A DNA stretch of 64,000 nt from Methanosarcinales archaeon (lineage in GTDB: Archaea > Halobacteriota > Methanosarcinia > Methanosarcinales > Methanocomedenaceae). Position 1 is the first letter of the stretch; each line of letters begins with the position of its first letter. Positions 9,740 through 19,890 of the stretch are shown here, piece by piece. The DNA is taken from the NCBI GenBank assembly GCA_021108405.1, contig JAIOQW010000140.1:631-64630 (forward strand), given 5' to 3'. The position numbers and the translations under genes are program-made. Below the pieces are notes generated by a model. The model searched no databases, had not been told where the DNA came from, and saw nothing but the letters and a program-made list of their open reading frames with translations.

Positions 9740-10525
9740 TTATTGCGGTGCGTATAAATGAGACCTCCTGTACTCTACCGGGTCTACTACTCCACCTATA
9801 AGTATCATAGCTGATTGTGTTAATCCAGCTTCTTTGACCTTATCTGCGATATCATTAACAGTTCCTATAATGATCTTCTGGTCCTCCCATGTAGCATGGT
9901 ATACTACGGCAACAGGTGTATCAGGCGGATATTCAACCCTTTGTATGATATGTTCTATCTTATCTGTTCCGAGGAATACCGCCATAGTCGCTCCATGTCT
10001 CGACAATGCTGCCAGGTCATCTTCTGCTAAGGTCTCACCTGCAGGCCGGGTAATGATCAGAGTCTCACTTACACCCTTTAATGTCAATTGAGTACCCAGG
10101 GCTGCTGCACTACCAAATAGGGAAGATACACCTGGTACTATTTTCACTTCCACTGCGTGTTTGTCAAGTTCATTGATCTGCTCAATAATAGCACCATACA
10201 ATGACGGATCACCACTATGCAATCTAACTACTTTTTTACCCTGGTTGAGCGCATCTACCATTACGCCGGTGATATCTTCCAGACGCATTCCGAAGCTGTT
10301 GATCTTCTTGGCTTTAATGTCCTGTAATAACACAGGATTTACCAGGGAGCCGGCATATACTACCAGATCAGCGCTCTCAATAAGCCTTTGTCCTTTTACT
10401 GTGATCAGTTCAGGGTCTCCAGGACCTGCACCTACGAAATATATTTTATTATTACTACCATTCCTCACATTTTTAACAATATTTGCATTATTTTCATTAC
10501 TATTATTCACGGCGCTTCCTCGCAA
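9740..10525 (-). CDS. cbiF: Cobalt-precorrin-4 C11-methyltransferase
   Basis: IYFVGAGPGDPELITVKG and HSGDPSLYGA motifs. Asn-rich N-terminal extension from a GTG start. Confidence 0.85.
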   Translation of the reverse strand: MRGSAVNNSNENNANIVKNVRNGSNNKIYFVGAGPGDPELITVKGQRLIESADLVVYAGSLVNPVLLQDIKAKKINSFGMRLEDITGVMVDALNQGKKVVRLHSGDPSLYGAIIEQINELDKHAVEVKIVPGVSSLFGSAAALGTQLTLKGVSETLIITRPAGETLAEDDLAALSRHGATMAVFLGTDKIEHIIQRVEYPPDTPVAVVYHATWEDQKIIIGTVNDIADKVKEAGLTQSAMILIGGVVDPVEYRRSHLYAPQ

Positions 10526-11120
10526 GTATTAGACTAAAATAGTCACCTTTATCAGGCATTTTTTCCTGGTCTTTAATGATCTCTTCAGTATCTGAGAATA
10601 ATCGCTGGGCAAGAATGAAATCCTCAAATCCTTTTTGGCGTAACGAGTTGATTATCTCCCGGGGCCGTCTGGCTTTTAATATGATCCTATCTGTGAGCGG
10701 ACTCCCATCACTGACCTCAAAGGAAGTATCCATCATAATGTCGGCTCTGGATGCAAAAGCAGTGATGGAACTGATGCCCGGAATGGTTGAAATGGAGATG
10801 TCGGGATGACGCTGCTGTATTATCCGGCGTAGGTGGGTAAAAGTACTGAAGAAGTTAGGGTCACCGATAAGACCGAAAGCAACCAGTCCGTCTCTTGCAG
10901 GACCGGCTACCATATCTGCATTTTTTTCCCAGTGGGATTGTAATACTGCCTGGTCTTTTGTCATAGGGAATTCAAGCATGTACGGCTGTGAATAAGGTTC
11001 TACCAGCTCTTGAGCCAGCCGGCCCGGGACAAAGACCTTGTTAGCTCGCTGTAATATATCAACTGCCTGTAATGTCAATAATCCAGGATCACCCGGACCG
11101 AGTCCAACACCAATTAACAT
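10503..11120 (-). CDS. cbiL: Cobalt-precorrin-2 C20-methyltransferase
   Basis: MLIGVGLGPGDPGLLTLQA and GDPNFFSTF, of CbiL/CobI type. Operon context. Confidence 0.8.
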   Translation of the reverse strand: MLIGVGLGPGDPGLLTLQAVDILQRANKVFVPGRLAQELVEPYSQPYMLEFPMTKDQAVLQSHWEKNADMVAGPARDGLVAFGLIGDPNFFSTFTHLRRIIQQRHPDISISTIPGISSITAFASRADIMMDTSFEVSDGSPLTDRIILKARRPREIINSLRQKGFEDFILAQRLFSDTEEIIKDQEKMPDKGDYFSLILARKRRE

Positions 11121-11121
11121 T

Positions 11122-11667
11122 TTATTTATCTCCTTTTGTATCTCCTGTGATGATGTATACAGGATTTATAGGTTTAAAAGCTATTTCACCTGCAAGTTCA
11201 TAACTGTTTGAGACCTGGACAAGTACAGCATCAACAAAGATATCCAGGTCCTGCATGAGATCTATAACAGTTGAGGCAGTTTGTATACGCACTACATTTA
11301 CTACTATCTTTCCATTTACTTTATTCACTAATGTCCGCAGCACAGACTCTATATTCCTGGTACCTCCTATAAATGCGCAATCAAGCTGCGGCAGTTCATC
11401 CAATATCGCGGGTGCTTCACCCCTGATCAATTTGATATTATTAATATTGGCATTTCTAATATTTTTTTGGGCTGCTGATATGGCCTCATAACGGGAATCA
11501 ACAGCATAAACGCACTTTGCAATCCTGGCAGTCATGATTGAAATATAAGCTGTGCCACTGCCAATATCTGTAAATACATCACCATGGGATATATTTAATT
11601 TAAAGAATGCCAGGGCTGCAATTTCCGGTTTGGTAGGTCCGCCTGATACAAGTTCCATATATATCAC
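11122..11667 (-). CDS. cbiT: Cobalt-precorrin-6B C15-methyltransferase (decarboxylating)
   Basis: GGPTKPEIAALAFFKL...DIGSGTA class I SAM-MTase of CbiT type. First gene of the operon. The Met at 11658 is an alternative start. Confidence 0.8.
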   Translation of the reverse strand: MIYMELVSGGPTKPEIAALAFFKLNISHGDVFTDIGSGTAYISIMTARIAKCVYAVDSRYEAISAAQKNIRNANINNIKLIRGEAPAILDELPQLDCAFIGGTRNIESVLRTLVNKVNGKIVVNVVRIQTASTVIDLMQDLDIFVDAVLVQVSNSYELAGEIAFKPINPVYIITGDTKGDK

Positions 11668-11761
11668 TTCTGCATATTAATGAACTATTCTCATAAAAAT
11701 GTTATGACAACACCAAATCATAATTTTTAAGTATTGAAGTTAGATTGATATCCTGACTAAT

Positions 11762-11953
11762 ATGATAGATTCGAATGGCAGGATAATCTCAATTGGAGAT
11801 AGAGTAAAATTATTGTGGAATTTTGATAATAAACATCATACCGGAAGGATTGTTGAGATTAACAAAGACAGAATTACTATCACTACTTCAGGTACCAGGA
11901 TGTCTACATCTGATCCATCAAGAATAACTAAGATACAAAAGTCACTCATATAA
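11762..11953 (+). CDS. Small hypothetical protein (63 aa)
   Basis: ORF only. Divergent from cbiT. No recognisable motif. Confidence 0.3.
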   Translation: MIDSNGRIISIGDRVKLLWNFDNKHHTGRIVEINKDRITITTSGTRMSTSDPSRITKIQKSLI

Positions 11954-12013
11954 CCCTCATACTTGGAAACTTTATTACACATTAAACCAATGTGTGAATG
12001 AAGTGAGCATGAT

Positions 12014-12457
12014 ATGAATACTGAAATAGGATGGGTAATGATAATACTCGGGTTCTGTTTTCTGGCAGCTGAGGCATTACACCCTGGATTCTTCATAGCT
12101 GTACCCGGTACGGTATTACTGGTGATGGGTGCAATATTTATTTTGCTTCCCGGTGTGTTTGAACAGTGGAGTCCTATTATCATGGTAGTCACGGCTATAG
12201 TGGCCAGTATCGGGACTATTATGATATATCGCAGGATTGCTCCCGGACAAAAACCATTTACTACCAGTATGGATACCCTGGCAGGTAAAAAGGGTATTGT
12301 AACCATCGATATCGACCCTGGTTCCATCTCAGGTAAAGTGAGAATCGATAATCAGATATGGAGTGCCACATCAGATACCTCAATTTTGACAGGGACAGCT
12401 ATCGAGGTAACAGAATCCGAAGGTGTCCATGTGAAGGTTGTTGAAATGGTTGAATAA
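12014..12457 (+). CDS. NfeD-family membrane protein
   Basis: Three N-terminal TM segments plus a C-terminal OB-like tail (GKVRIDNQIWSATS). It lies immediately upstream of an SPFH gene, which is the classic NfeD-stomatin pairing. Confidence 0.75.
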   Translation: MNTEIGWVMIILGFCFLAAEALHPGFFIAVPGTVLLVMGAIFILLPGVFEQWSPIIMVVTAIVASIGTIMIYRRIAPGQKPFTTSMDTLAGKKGIVTIDIDPGSISGKVRIDNQIWSATSDTSILTGTAIEVTESEGVHVKVVEMVE

Positions 12458-12470
12458 GGTTTATAAATAA

Positions 12471-12537
12471 GAACAAAATCCTCCCTCTGGTCGGATTTTC
12501 TTGAGTATATATCCCTATAGATTATATACTATAAAAA
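12471..12537 (+). repeat. Hairpin mosaic element, modules A-H
   Basis: GAACAAAATCCTCCCTCTGGTCGGATTTTCTTGA followed by AGTATATA-11 nt-TATATACT and an A-run. It starts 14 nt after the nfeD stop. Confidence 0.85.
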
Positions 12538-12594
12538 GACTTAATAAAGTTGAGTATTATTAATCATTATTAATTATTATAGGTAGGCGAGTAT

Positions 12595-13770
12595 ATGGAC
12601 ATGAATATAGGTTTTATAATAGCTTTAATTATTACAGTGGCACTGATATTGATCTTTATATCAGGTGTTACTATTATCCAGCCCTATGAACAGGGCCTCT
12701 GGATAGTGCTTGGGAAATATAAAAGACGGTTGAATCCTGGTTTTAACTGGATATATCCACTTATCAGTGAAGTTATCCGCCTGGATCTGAGGACACAGGT
12801 ACTGGATGTTCCAAGGCAGGAGGTCATTACTAAAGATAACAGTCCCACCAATGTGGATGCTATTGTTTATATCAGAGTGATCGATCCTGAGAAATCCTAT
12901 TTTGAAGTTGTCAACTATCATCTTGCCACAGTCAGCCTTGCCCAGACCACACTTAGATCCGTAGTAGGTGATATGGAATTAGATGAGATCCTGTACAACA
13001 GGGATCTTATTAATAATAGACTCAGGGATATCCTGGATGAAGCTACAGATGCCTGGGGTGTCAAAGTAGAAGCAGTAGAGATCAGGGAAGTGGACCCTGT
13101 TGAGGCTGTTAAGGCTGCTATGGAAGAGCAGACCTCGGCTGAGAGAAAGAGAAGAGCTGCTATTTTATTAGCAGACGGACAGAAAAAAGCAGCCATCCTG
13201 GAAGCTGAAGGATCAAAACAGGCACTGATCTTAAATGCCGAAGGTGTCAGGCAATCCAAGATCCTGGAATCCGAAGGTGAGCGTGTGTCCAAGATACTTG
13301 TGGCCCAGGGAGAGTCGCAGGGTCTAAGAGTACTCAGTCTTGGTGCTGTGCCATTAGATAAGAAAGCCATTTCCGTACTCAGTATGAACATGATGAAAAA
13401 GATGGCTGACGGCCAGGCTACCAAGATCATCTTCCCGATGGAGATATCCCGGATGCTTGATCAGGTAGGAGAATACCTCGGTGCATCTACTGTGGTCCCT
13501 GAAGTAGGTGAAGTAGTAGATATAGAGAAGATAGTAGGTAAGGCTGATGAGGTGCTGGGTAAGATACCTAATCCTGACGAACTTCGAAAGGAAGTAGAAA
13601 AGATCGAGAAAGCCATGATAAAAGAAACTGAGGAATCGCTGGCGGTCGATCCGATAAAAGAGAAAGGCGCCAAAGGCAGATCAGATATACATGTCTTTAA
13701 GGAAGATGAGGATAGTATTTCTTCCGAACCTCCTATGGAGAATAATTCCAGTGAAAAGGAAGAAAGTTAA
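12595..13770 (+). CDS. SPFH/Band 7 (stomatin/prohibitin-like) protein with acidic C-terminal tail
   Basis: N-terminal TM, SPFH core (TKDNSPTNVDAIVYIRV, LRSVVGDMELDEIL), and an Ala/Glu-rich coiled region. Confidence 0.9.
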   Translation: MDMNIGFIIALIITVALILIFISGVTIIQPYEQGLWIVLGKYKRRLNPGFNWIYPLISEVIRLDLRTQVLDVPRQEVITKDNSPTNVDAIVYIRVIDPEKSYFEVVNYHLATVSLAQTTLRSVVGDMELDEILYNRDLINNRLRDILDEATDAWGVKVEAVEIREVDPVEAVKAAMEEQTSAERKRRAAILLADGQKKAAILEAEGSKQALILNAEGVRQSKILESEGERVSKILVAQGESQGLRVLSLGAVPLDKKAISVLSMNMMKKMADGQATKIIFPMEISRMLDQVGEYLGASTVVPEVGEVVDIEKIVGKADEVLGKIPNPDELRKEVEKIEKAMIKETEESLAVDPIKEKGAKGRSDIHVFKEDEDSISSEPPMENNSSEKEES

Positions 13771-13782
13771 CCACAATCCTAA

Positions 13783-14214
13783 ATGACGGTTGTTATCCGT
13801 AGTGCTGGTAAGGCAGATATACCACAAATAAAAAAAGTCCTTACTCAGTATCTACTGGAGACCGAACTGGTAAAAAGTAATATTGATCTGTTCATTGTAG
13901 CAGAGTATAATAAAAAGATCATTGGGTGTGCATGCCTGGACAATAGTTCAGGTGTGCTGGAACTCAGATCAATTGCCGTACTGCCTGGGTGGAAGAATAA
14001 GGGTGTCGGACGAAGGCTGGTTAACACATTAAGATCAAGAGCCAGTGGCATGAGTGATAGATTATATGTACGAACAACAGCCAGTAGTTTTTTTAGCAAG
14101 ATGGGATTTATGGAACTAAATAATTCACAAAAACCCAAAATCTGGCAGGACTGTGCCTGCTGTGATAAGTTGAAAATATGTAAGCAAGTTTTGATGGTAC
14201 TTGAATTAAGGTGA
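13783..14214 (+). CDS. GNAT family N-acetyltransferase
   Basis: Acetyl-CoA motif A: LRSIAVLPGWKNKGVGRRLV. Confidence 0.75.
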   Translation: MTVVIRSAGKADIPQIKKVLTQYLLETELVKSNIDLFIVAEYNKKIIGCACLDNSSGVLELRSIAVLPGWKNKGVGRRLVNTLRSRASGMSDRLYVRTTASSFFSKMGFMELNNSQKPKIWQDCACCDKLKICKQVLMVLELR

Positions 14215-14215
14215 G

Positions 14216-14743
14216 ATGATGCTGACACTCGGATTAGTGAATACGTATGATAGAATAAAGGTCCTGGATGCGCATTATCGCTCTATTGCCAGGGCGGCAC
14301 CTATTGCATATAGTTTTGGGTTTGCACTGGCACTATTCGGTTTTCCTTTTAACATGAATGCTGGTGAACTCTGCAGGTATGCGGCAGATAAGACCACTAT
14401 AGGCGAGTCCGGACGATACCTGATAGAGATGTATGAGCATAACCGGTTCTTTGTGTTCGATATGCCTAAAAAAGGGTTCCAGCCCCAATTCGGTGAGCCT
14501 GTGGTGACCACATCCCACCCTGACCAAAAGAAGACGGTCACACCTGCGAAACTGGCTGATGAGATTAACAGGGGCGGGTCATATCTGTTGTTGGTAGGAC
14601 TGGGGCATAAGGGGCTGCCTGAAGAGATGTTTAAAAGAGCACAGTTACATCTGGATATTACAGGGATGGGAGTAGCGCTGGAAACCTGTACAGCTATTGG
14701 AGCTGTGCCTGCTGTGCTGGGTGTTATGGTAAAAAAGAGGTAA
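14216..14743 (+). CDS. Conserved archaeal protein, possibly SPOUT-like (DUF531-type)
   Basis: 175 aa. The C-terminal LLLVGLGHKGLPEEMF...HLDIT...ALETCTAIGAVPAVL resembles a SPOUT knot region. The assignment is tentative. Confidence 0.4.
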   Translation: MMLTLGLVNTYDRIKVLDAHYRSIARAAPIAYSFGFALALFGFPFNMNAGELCRYAADKTTIGESGRYLIEMYEHNRFFVFDMPKKGFQPQFGEPVVTTSHPDQKKTVTPAKLADEINRGGSYLLLVGLGHKGLPEEMFKRAQLHLDITGMGVALETCTAIGAVPAVLGVMVKKR

Positions 14744-14837
14744 TTGTTTAGCTCTATTTACTTGACAGGAAGAAGAAGAATAATCAGAATTTTGAAGCCG
14801 CAGAGTGAACTATGAACTTTGGTTCGTAGATAAAGGA

Positions 14838-14859
14838 GAACAAAATCCTCCTTCTGGTC
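14838..14859 (+). repeat. Left half of module A only
   Basis: GAACAAAATCCTCCTTCTGGTC matches the first 22 nt of module A. The sequence then diverges, with no GGATTTTCTTGA arm. Confidence 0.6.
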
Positions 14860-15702
14860 CTGGCCCTGTCGATGTATTCAGGATAGCTTCTGCCTGGCCC
14901 GGGACTTTTTTAATGAAATGCAGGGTAATTAATAGAATATTGACCTGTTGCCGTCTCTACAAGAATGGAAAAACCTGTACAAAGCAGCGCTTGGGTTCAA
15001 GGAACTGGCTTCTTGGAACTGGATGCACGACAGCGACATTTTCGGGGTTAAAGACCCGGTAAGCGGTGAAATAGGATACTACTGCATCATGGGCGCTGTA
15101 GGTGAGCACTATGCTCTTGGGCTATATTTAGGCTCACAGGGATTGTGTGGGCTATCGAGTATACTCCCCAGCCCGGATGTTCCCGATCGCTTCCATAGTC
15201 CATGCATCAAGTTCAATATTATGGCTAGCAGCCAATTTTCGCAGTTCTCCTGCTGCTATTTCCAGATATTCCTCATCGGTCTGGTCCCCCATCTCTTCAC
15301 GCTTATTCAATGACTCTTGTATAGAAAGGTGGGTAAACACTTTTTGTACCTCATAAGAATGCATCCTATGAGTCGATGTCAGGACAATACATTGGCACAG
15401 GGCCTCAATGCGGGGCGACTATATAGTAGGTGCGCTGTAAGCCTTACCCACATGGCTCACCATTTCCTCGGAAGACACCTGTGCCAGATGATACTTGGAT
15501 TCCAAACCACTTTAATCTGACGTTTTACTTCACTGATATGACTATAATCTGCCAGTCATATCCAGTCCGGGATTCTCCTCCATCCTTCAATGGCCATGGA
15601 TTTGGGATTTACCCGCTTAACCTTATACCACGATTCCCGGTATTTGATCAGATATCCTGGCTTAACATCCTTAGGAGCGATCTTCAAACCGAGCTAAACA
15701 AA
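14860..15702. other. Degraded region with broken ORFs on both strands
   Basis: The plus-strand ORF 14948-15145 looks protein-like (SLQEWKNLYKAALGFKELASWNWMHDSDIFGVKDPVSGEIGYYCIMGAVGEHYALGLYLG) and then degenerates. A protein-like minus-strand ORF runs 15152-15364, and further minus-frame fragments follow to 15700. Confidence 0.3.
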
Positions 15703-15772
15703 GAACAAAATCCTCCCTTCGGTCGGATTTTCTTGAGTATATTATCTTACAGATTATATACTATAAAAAAAA
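15703..15772 (+). repeat. Hairpin mosaic element, modules A-H
   Basis: GAACAAAATCCTCCCTTCGGTCGGATTTTCTTGA + AGTATAT...ATATACT + A9. Confidence 0.85.
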
Positions 15773-15858
15773 AGAAAGGAGAATTAATTTATTTTCTCCT
15801 CAATAACAAATATCCTACCGTTAATAATCCAGTCACTGTGATCAATAACCCAAATCCA

Positions 15859-16139
15859 GGTATCCACTTCAAATCAGAGGGAAAAAATGATAGCCACAGA
15901 TGAACGCAGATGAACACAGATACGAAAATGCCTGGAAAATATAGCTTCCACGACCCCATTAGCAAATCTGTGTTCATCTGTGGTTTCTCATCATTTTAAC
16001 GCAAAGGCGCAAAGGCACTAAGATGCAAAGATGCAAAGAGTGTTATTATTTTTCATTACATCTTTGCGTTTTCGTTATATTCTTGTAGTGAGACTATTCA
16101 CTTGCGAAATAGTATACCATACTTTTTGAAGTGGATACC
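15859..16139. mobile_element. MITE-like element with 15-bp perfect terminal inverted repeats
   Basis: GGTATCCACTTCAAA (15859-15873) and TTTGAAGTGGATACC (16125-16139). The interior has CAGATGAAC tandem units paired with ATCTGTGTTCATCTGTGG, plus a second GCAAAGATG/CATCTTTGC hairpin. I saw no target-site duplication. Confidence 0.45.
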
Positions 16140-16142
16140 ATA

Positions 16143-17057
16143 TTACCACGGATCTGATAATAGATCATCAACATATGGACTTTTTCCTGTCTTGACCATA
16201 TAGAGTCTTGTCCACCAGACCATCATCAGTGGCTGTATAGTAATAATAATTATCAGCTGACTGCCCAGGGACCATATCGTATTCAGCCCGATAAAACCTG
16301 TTAAAGCGAGTATCTGGCCAACAACAATGGAAATGGATCCTATGATAATATAGATAGTAGTGCTGATTAACCAGATAACTATAACACTCAGTTTATTATC
16401 CATAAAAAATTCATATCCTTTATAGATACCTTCCAGGGCACCTATCCTTTCAACTACTATAGCATACAGTACCATTGAAAGAAAAACTGATAATATAATC
16501 AAATAGATAACCCATATGAGCAGGCCCAGTATGAAAAGTATTATTCCCAAACCGAACTGTCCTGCTCCAGTGGTATCTATGTTATTCCCCATAAGAAGGC
16601 CACCAGGTACCAAGAATACTATCCCGGCAAGTATCATCAGAAGTATTAGTACATCTGCCAGGAACACATGTATAAAACTTTTATTCCCGGCACTGATCAT
16701 ATCCCCAATAGTAGTATCACCACGAGAGATTGCACTCTGGCACATCCCTATCGCACCTGCAGAAAAATAAGAACTTGCTAGCATTGTGATAATAACACAT
16801 AGTAGTGCTAAAATAGCTATAAAGACAAAATTTTCATTAGCAGATGATAAAATAACTTCTATTAGTTCCTCATTTGAAGTAGAGAGCATTTCATCAAATA
16901 TACTGATACCTAAAATTCCAACGAATACTATGACAATAACAAATACTTTGATAAGAAGCATTACTACATAATTAATGACCAGAGGAATGCAGATATTCAG
17001 ATTTTTAATCCAGGTATTGAATCCTTTGGTAATTATTTTCTCCAGCGTCTCAGTCAT
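16143..17057 (-). CDS. Polytopic membrane protein of unknown function
   Basis: 304 aa with 6 or more hydrophobic segments. No catalytic motif recognised. Confidence 0.6.
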   Translation of the reverse strand: MTETLEKIITKGFNTWIKNLNICIPLVINYVVMLLIKVFVIVIVFVGILGISIFDEMLSTSNEELIEVILSSANENFVFIAILALLCVIITMLASSYFSAGAIGMCQSAISRGDTTIGDMISAGNKSFIHVFLADVLILLMILAGIVFLVPGGLLMGNNIDTTGAGQFGLGIILFILGLLIWVIYLIILSVFLSMVLYAIVVERIGALEGIYKGYEFFMDNKLSVIVIWLISTTIYIIIGSISIVVGQILALTGFIGLNTIWSLGSQLIIIITIQPLMMVWWTRLYMVKTGKSPYVDDLLSDPW

Positions 17058-17116
17058 GGATAATAAATTACGATATCAGTATGAAAACTTTACGCTACAA
17101 ATTGGCCGGATATTAA

Positions 17117-18451
17117 TTATTTTGCCTTTCCAATTCTCTCAATAATCCTATTCTTTTTATCAACAGCTTCCCCGGCCGCACGCTCAACCCTATCACACAT
17201 ATCCTTAAAGTCCATTGGTTCGTCTTCACCTACTAATTTCTTTATAGGTGTATAAGCCGATTCCCTGAACCGTGGTGAAAAGTCATTCATAACCCCATCA
17301 ACTTCCAGTTGGGCTCCACTTCCTTTTTCTATTTGTCCGACGACATCTGCCGCAATATCTTTCGATCTAAGCACATCAAGAATACTATCAGCAGCACCGG
17401 CGGGTGCAATGATCAGTAATGCATCCAGGGAAACACCCAGATAATCAATCTTAAGCATTTCCAGCATGGTCATTACAGCAGGATTCACCAGTGGCCGGAG
17501 CTTATCTTCCTTAAATACCAGTTTTACTCCTGCAGTCCTGGATATCTCCTTTGCATCTCCGCGTATACCTCCGTTAGTAACATCGGTCATAGCATGTATG
17601 TGTTCCAGCAGTCCGGCATCTATTATAGCCTCACAGGCTTCAATGAATGTGATATTAACAGTCTCATCCACAACATCGTGCATATCATAATATAAAGCGG
17701 TTGTAGAAATTGTACCACCACCAGCACCCTGTGTCATAAGTACCAGGTCCCCTGGTTCTGCCTGTATCCGTGCAGAAACCAGTTGAGTGATCCCTACGGC
17801 ACCCACACATCCGGTCATCCGTTCTCCAATTACCATATCTCCTCCAATACGCAGTGTACTGCCCGTTATCAATGGTATACCCGTAAGTTCGGCTACTGTA
17901 GTGATCCCTGCTATGTGATCAAATATCTTCCCTACATCCCCATCATCAGCAACATGAATATCTGATAACATTGCAAGAGGTTTTGCCCCCATTACATAGA
18001 TATCGCGAAGTGCTGCTCTTGCAACATGGAACCCGGATAAAAAAGGATAATCACTTAAACGGCTGTGCATACCATCTACTGTCACCACCAGATACTCACC
18101 TTTACTGGCCCTGACAACACCCGAATCATCCAGATGTGAACTGTCCACTTCTGCCGTCGTCTTTCCAATCACATGGGCAATCTGTTCATGGGCAAAAAAA
18201 TCACCTGCTCCTCTGCTACCTACCCCGAACTGGCCCATAGTAATACCTGATTGTATTGGTATGAGAATATCTTTATTCAGTTGTAAAGTAGCCTGTGATT
18301 CAACCATAACTGCATGAGCCAGCTCATTTGCATGGTCCTTACTAATATTATTACCTTTAATTTCAAGTATACGCTGTGATAGACGCTCTTCTATCTTGTC
18401 CGGACTTTCACCTGAAAATAAAGCACGTTTTGCATAACCTTCGATATCCAT
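17117..18451 (-). CDS. AIR synthase-related (PurM/HypE/SelD-fold) protein
   Basis: 444 aa with PurM-like N and C domains (DGMHSRLSDYP, GAKPLAMLSDIHVADDGD, MTDVTNGGIRGD). Confidence 0.75.
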   Translation of the reverse strand: MDIEGYAKRALFSGESPDKIEERLSQRILEIKGNNISKDHANELAHAVMVESQATLQLNKDILIPIQSGITMGQFGVGSRGAGDFFAHEQIAHVIGKTTAEVDSSHLDDSGVVRASKGEYLVVTVDGMHSRLSDYPFLSGFHVARAALRDIYVMGAKPLAMLSDIHVADDGDVGKIFDHIAGITTVAELTGIPLITGSTLRIGGDMVIGERMTGCVGAVGITQLVSARIQAEPGDLVLMTQGAGGGTISTTALYYDMHDVVDETVNITFIEACEAIIDAGLLEHIHAMTDVTNGGIRGDAKEISRTAGVKLVFKEDKLRPLVNPAVMTMLEMLKIDYLGVSLDALLIIAPAGAADSILDVLRSKDIAADVVGQIEKGSGAQLEVDGVMNDFSPRFRESAYTPIKKLVGEDEPMDFKDMCDRVERAAGEAVDKKNRIIERIGKAK

Positions 18452-18497
18452 GAAAAAACAGGATGTTCAATGTTAATATTAATGTTTTGGTATGATA

Positions 18498-19472
18498 TTA
18501 CCATACAAAGGCAACATTCCTCATTTCATGGGTTCTTGAAAGATCTTGCAGGATTACCATTACTTCGTCTCTAGTAATATCCACAGCTTTACGGCTCATA
18601 TAGACCACCTGTTTAACTTCAACCTGGCCGGTCCAATTCAGGAGCCGTACAATGCGCAATACGGTATTCTTCTGCCTCTCACGCTCTCTGGTCTGATACG
18701 TGCGTATAGAACGTAAAAAATCTATTTTCCGAAACTCGGGCCAGTACGGGGCACAAAAATATGCAGCACATTCATTTCCACTTGCCTGCCACGGCAGGAA
18801 ATTGGATATCCTCTCATCACCGCCAGTCCTGATGATAAGGTCAACATCAGGTACGGAAAACGTAGAAGACGGGTATAGGTGTGAAGAGATGGTTTTTTCG
18901 TTAATGTCAGATAACATAAGTTCTCCTGAATAGATCTTAGTAGCAATTATTCTTGCAGTGTCCACGATCTCCTGGCGCCCTCCATAAGCTAATGCAATAT
19001 TCAGGTAGAAATTATCATAATTTTTTGTTATGTATTCAGTCTGTTTTGCTATTTTCTGCAGACCAGTTGGAAGTAGATCAGTATTGCCCAGTATTCTAAC
19101 CTTCATCCTCCGCTTGTGAGTACGCTCATCATTGATTATCTCTTCCAGTTTGATCCCTATAAGATCAAATAAATTTTTCTTTTCATTGTATGAACGGCTC
19201 AGGTTCTCAGTAGAAAAAGCATAAATAGTCAACTGCTTAACGCCCAGTTCATAGGATAGATCAAGTATCCGTTGTGTGGTATCCGCTCCCCTGATATGTC
19301 CCTGATACATACTCATACCAAGTCTTTTGGCATATCTGCGATTACCATCCATGATAATAGCGACATGTCCTGGTATCTTGAATTCCTTAATTTCATGAGT
19401 TAGGACTCGCTCATATCCTGAATACAGGATATCATTAATCATTTTTCTGAATGAGGCACTAAGGCTACCCAT
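18498..19472 (-). CDS. uppS: cis-prenyltransferase (undecaprenyl/di-trans,poly-cis-polyprenyl diphosphate synthase) with ~60-aa C-terminal extension
   Basis: HVAIIMDGNRRYAK, TIYAFSTENLSR, RTGGDERISNFLPWQ. Confidence 0.9.
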   Translation of the reverse strand: MGSLSASFRKMINDILYSGYERVLTHEIKEFKIPGHVAIIMDGNRRYAKRLGMSMYQGHIRGADTTQRILDLSYELGVKQLTIYAFSTENLSRSYNEKKNLFDLIGIKLEEIINDERTHKRRMKVRILGNTDLLPTGLQKIAKQTEYITKNYDNFYLNIALAYGGRQEIVDTARIIATKIYSGELMLSDINEKTISSHLYPSSTFSVPDVDLIIRTGGDERISNFLPWQASGNECAAYFCAPYWPEFRKIDFLRSIRTYQTRERERQKNTVLRIVRLLNWTGQVEVKQVVYMSRKAVDITRDEVMVILQDLSRTHEMRNVAFVW

Positions 19473-19890
19473 ATCCCTATTTATATCTTTAAATGTACAT
19501 ATACTTTGTTAATATATAGGAATGTATATGCTTCCCCTGACTTTTAAGGATCGCGTGTGATGATGATATTTTTTTCAATAGTACAATAGAAATATTTATA
19601 TACTTTGGAAGTCATTAATATATAAGTGTGGAGACGCTTCTTATATCATTTCTTCTCGTCTCCTCACCACATCCCCTTTTCAAAATACCGCAAAAGTTTT
19701 ACTTTTAGGGCAATCTGTAATAGGAGGATTTATTTCTTTAAGGATATCATTAAGTCTTTATGAATCTTTAGATAAATTTATTATACTAAATGGATTCAAC
19801 TACAGTTGAATTAACAAGGAGATTTCAGTTATGAATGATAAATTAAGTGAAAGTTACGGTATAGAGATAATATCTCCAAGGACTTGAAAA

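Noticed and set aside
11668-11761. A cobalamin riboswitch or other leader upstream of the cbi operon.
   Set aside because: The 94-nt divergent intergenic region is AT-rich, with no B12-box-like sequence or extended structure. As far as I know, such riboswitches are not established in archaea.
19831-19887. 18-codon ORF MNDKLSESYGIEIISPRT upstream of the archaeosortase gene, sharing MNDKL with the repeat protein at 6532-7167.
   Set aside because: It is too short and the shared pentapeptide is most likely coincidental. No supporting signal was found.
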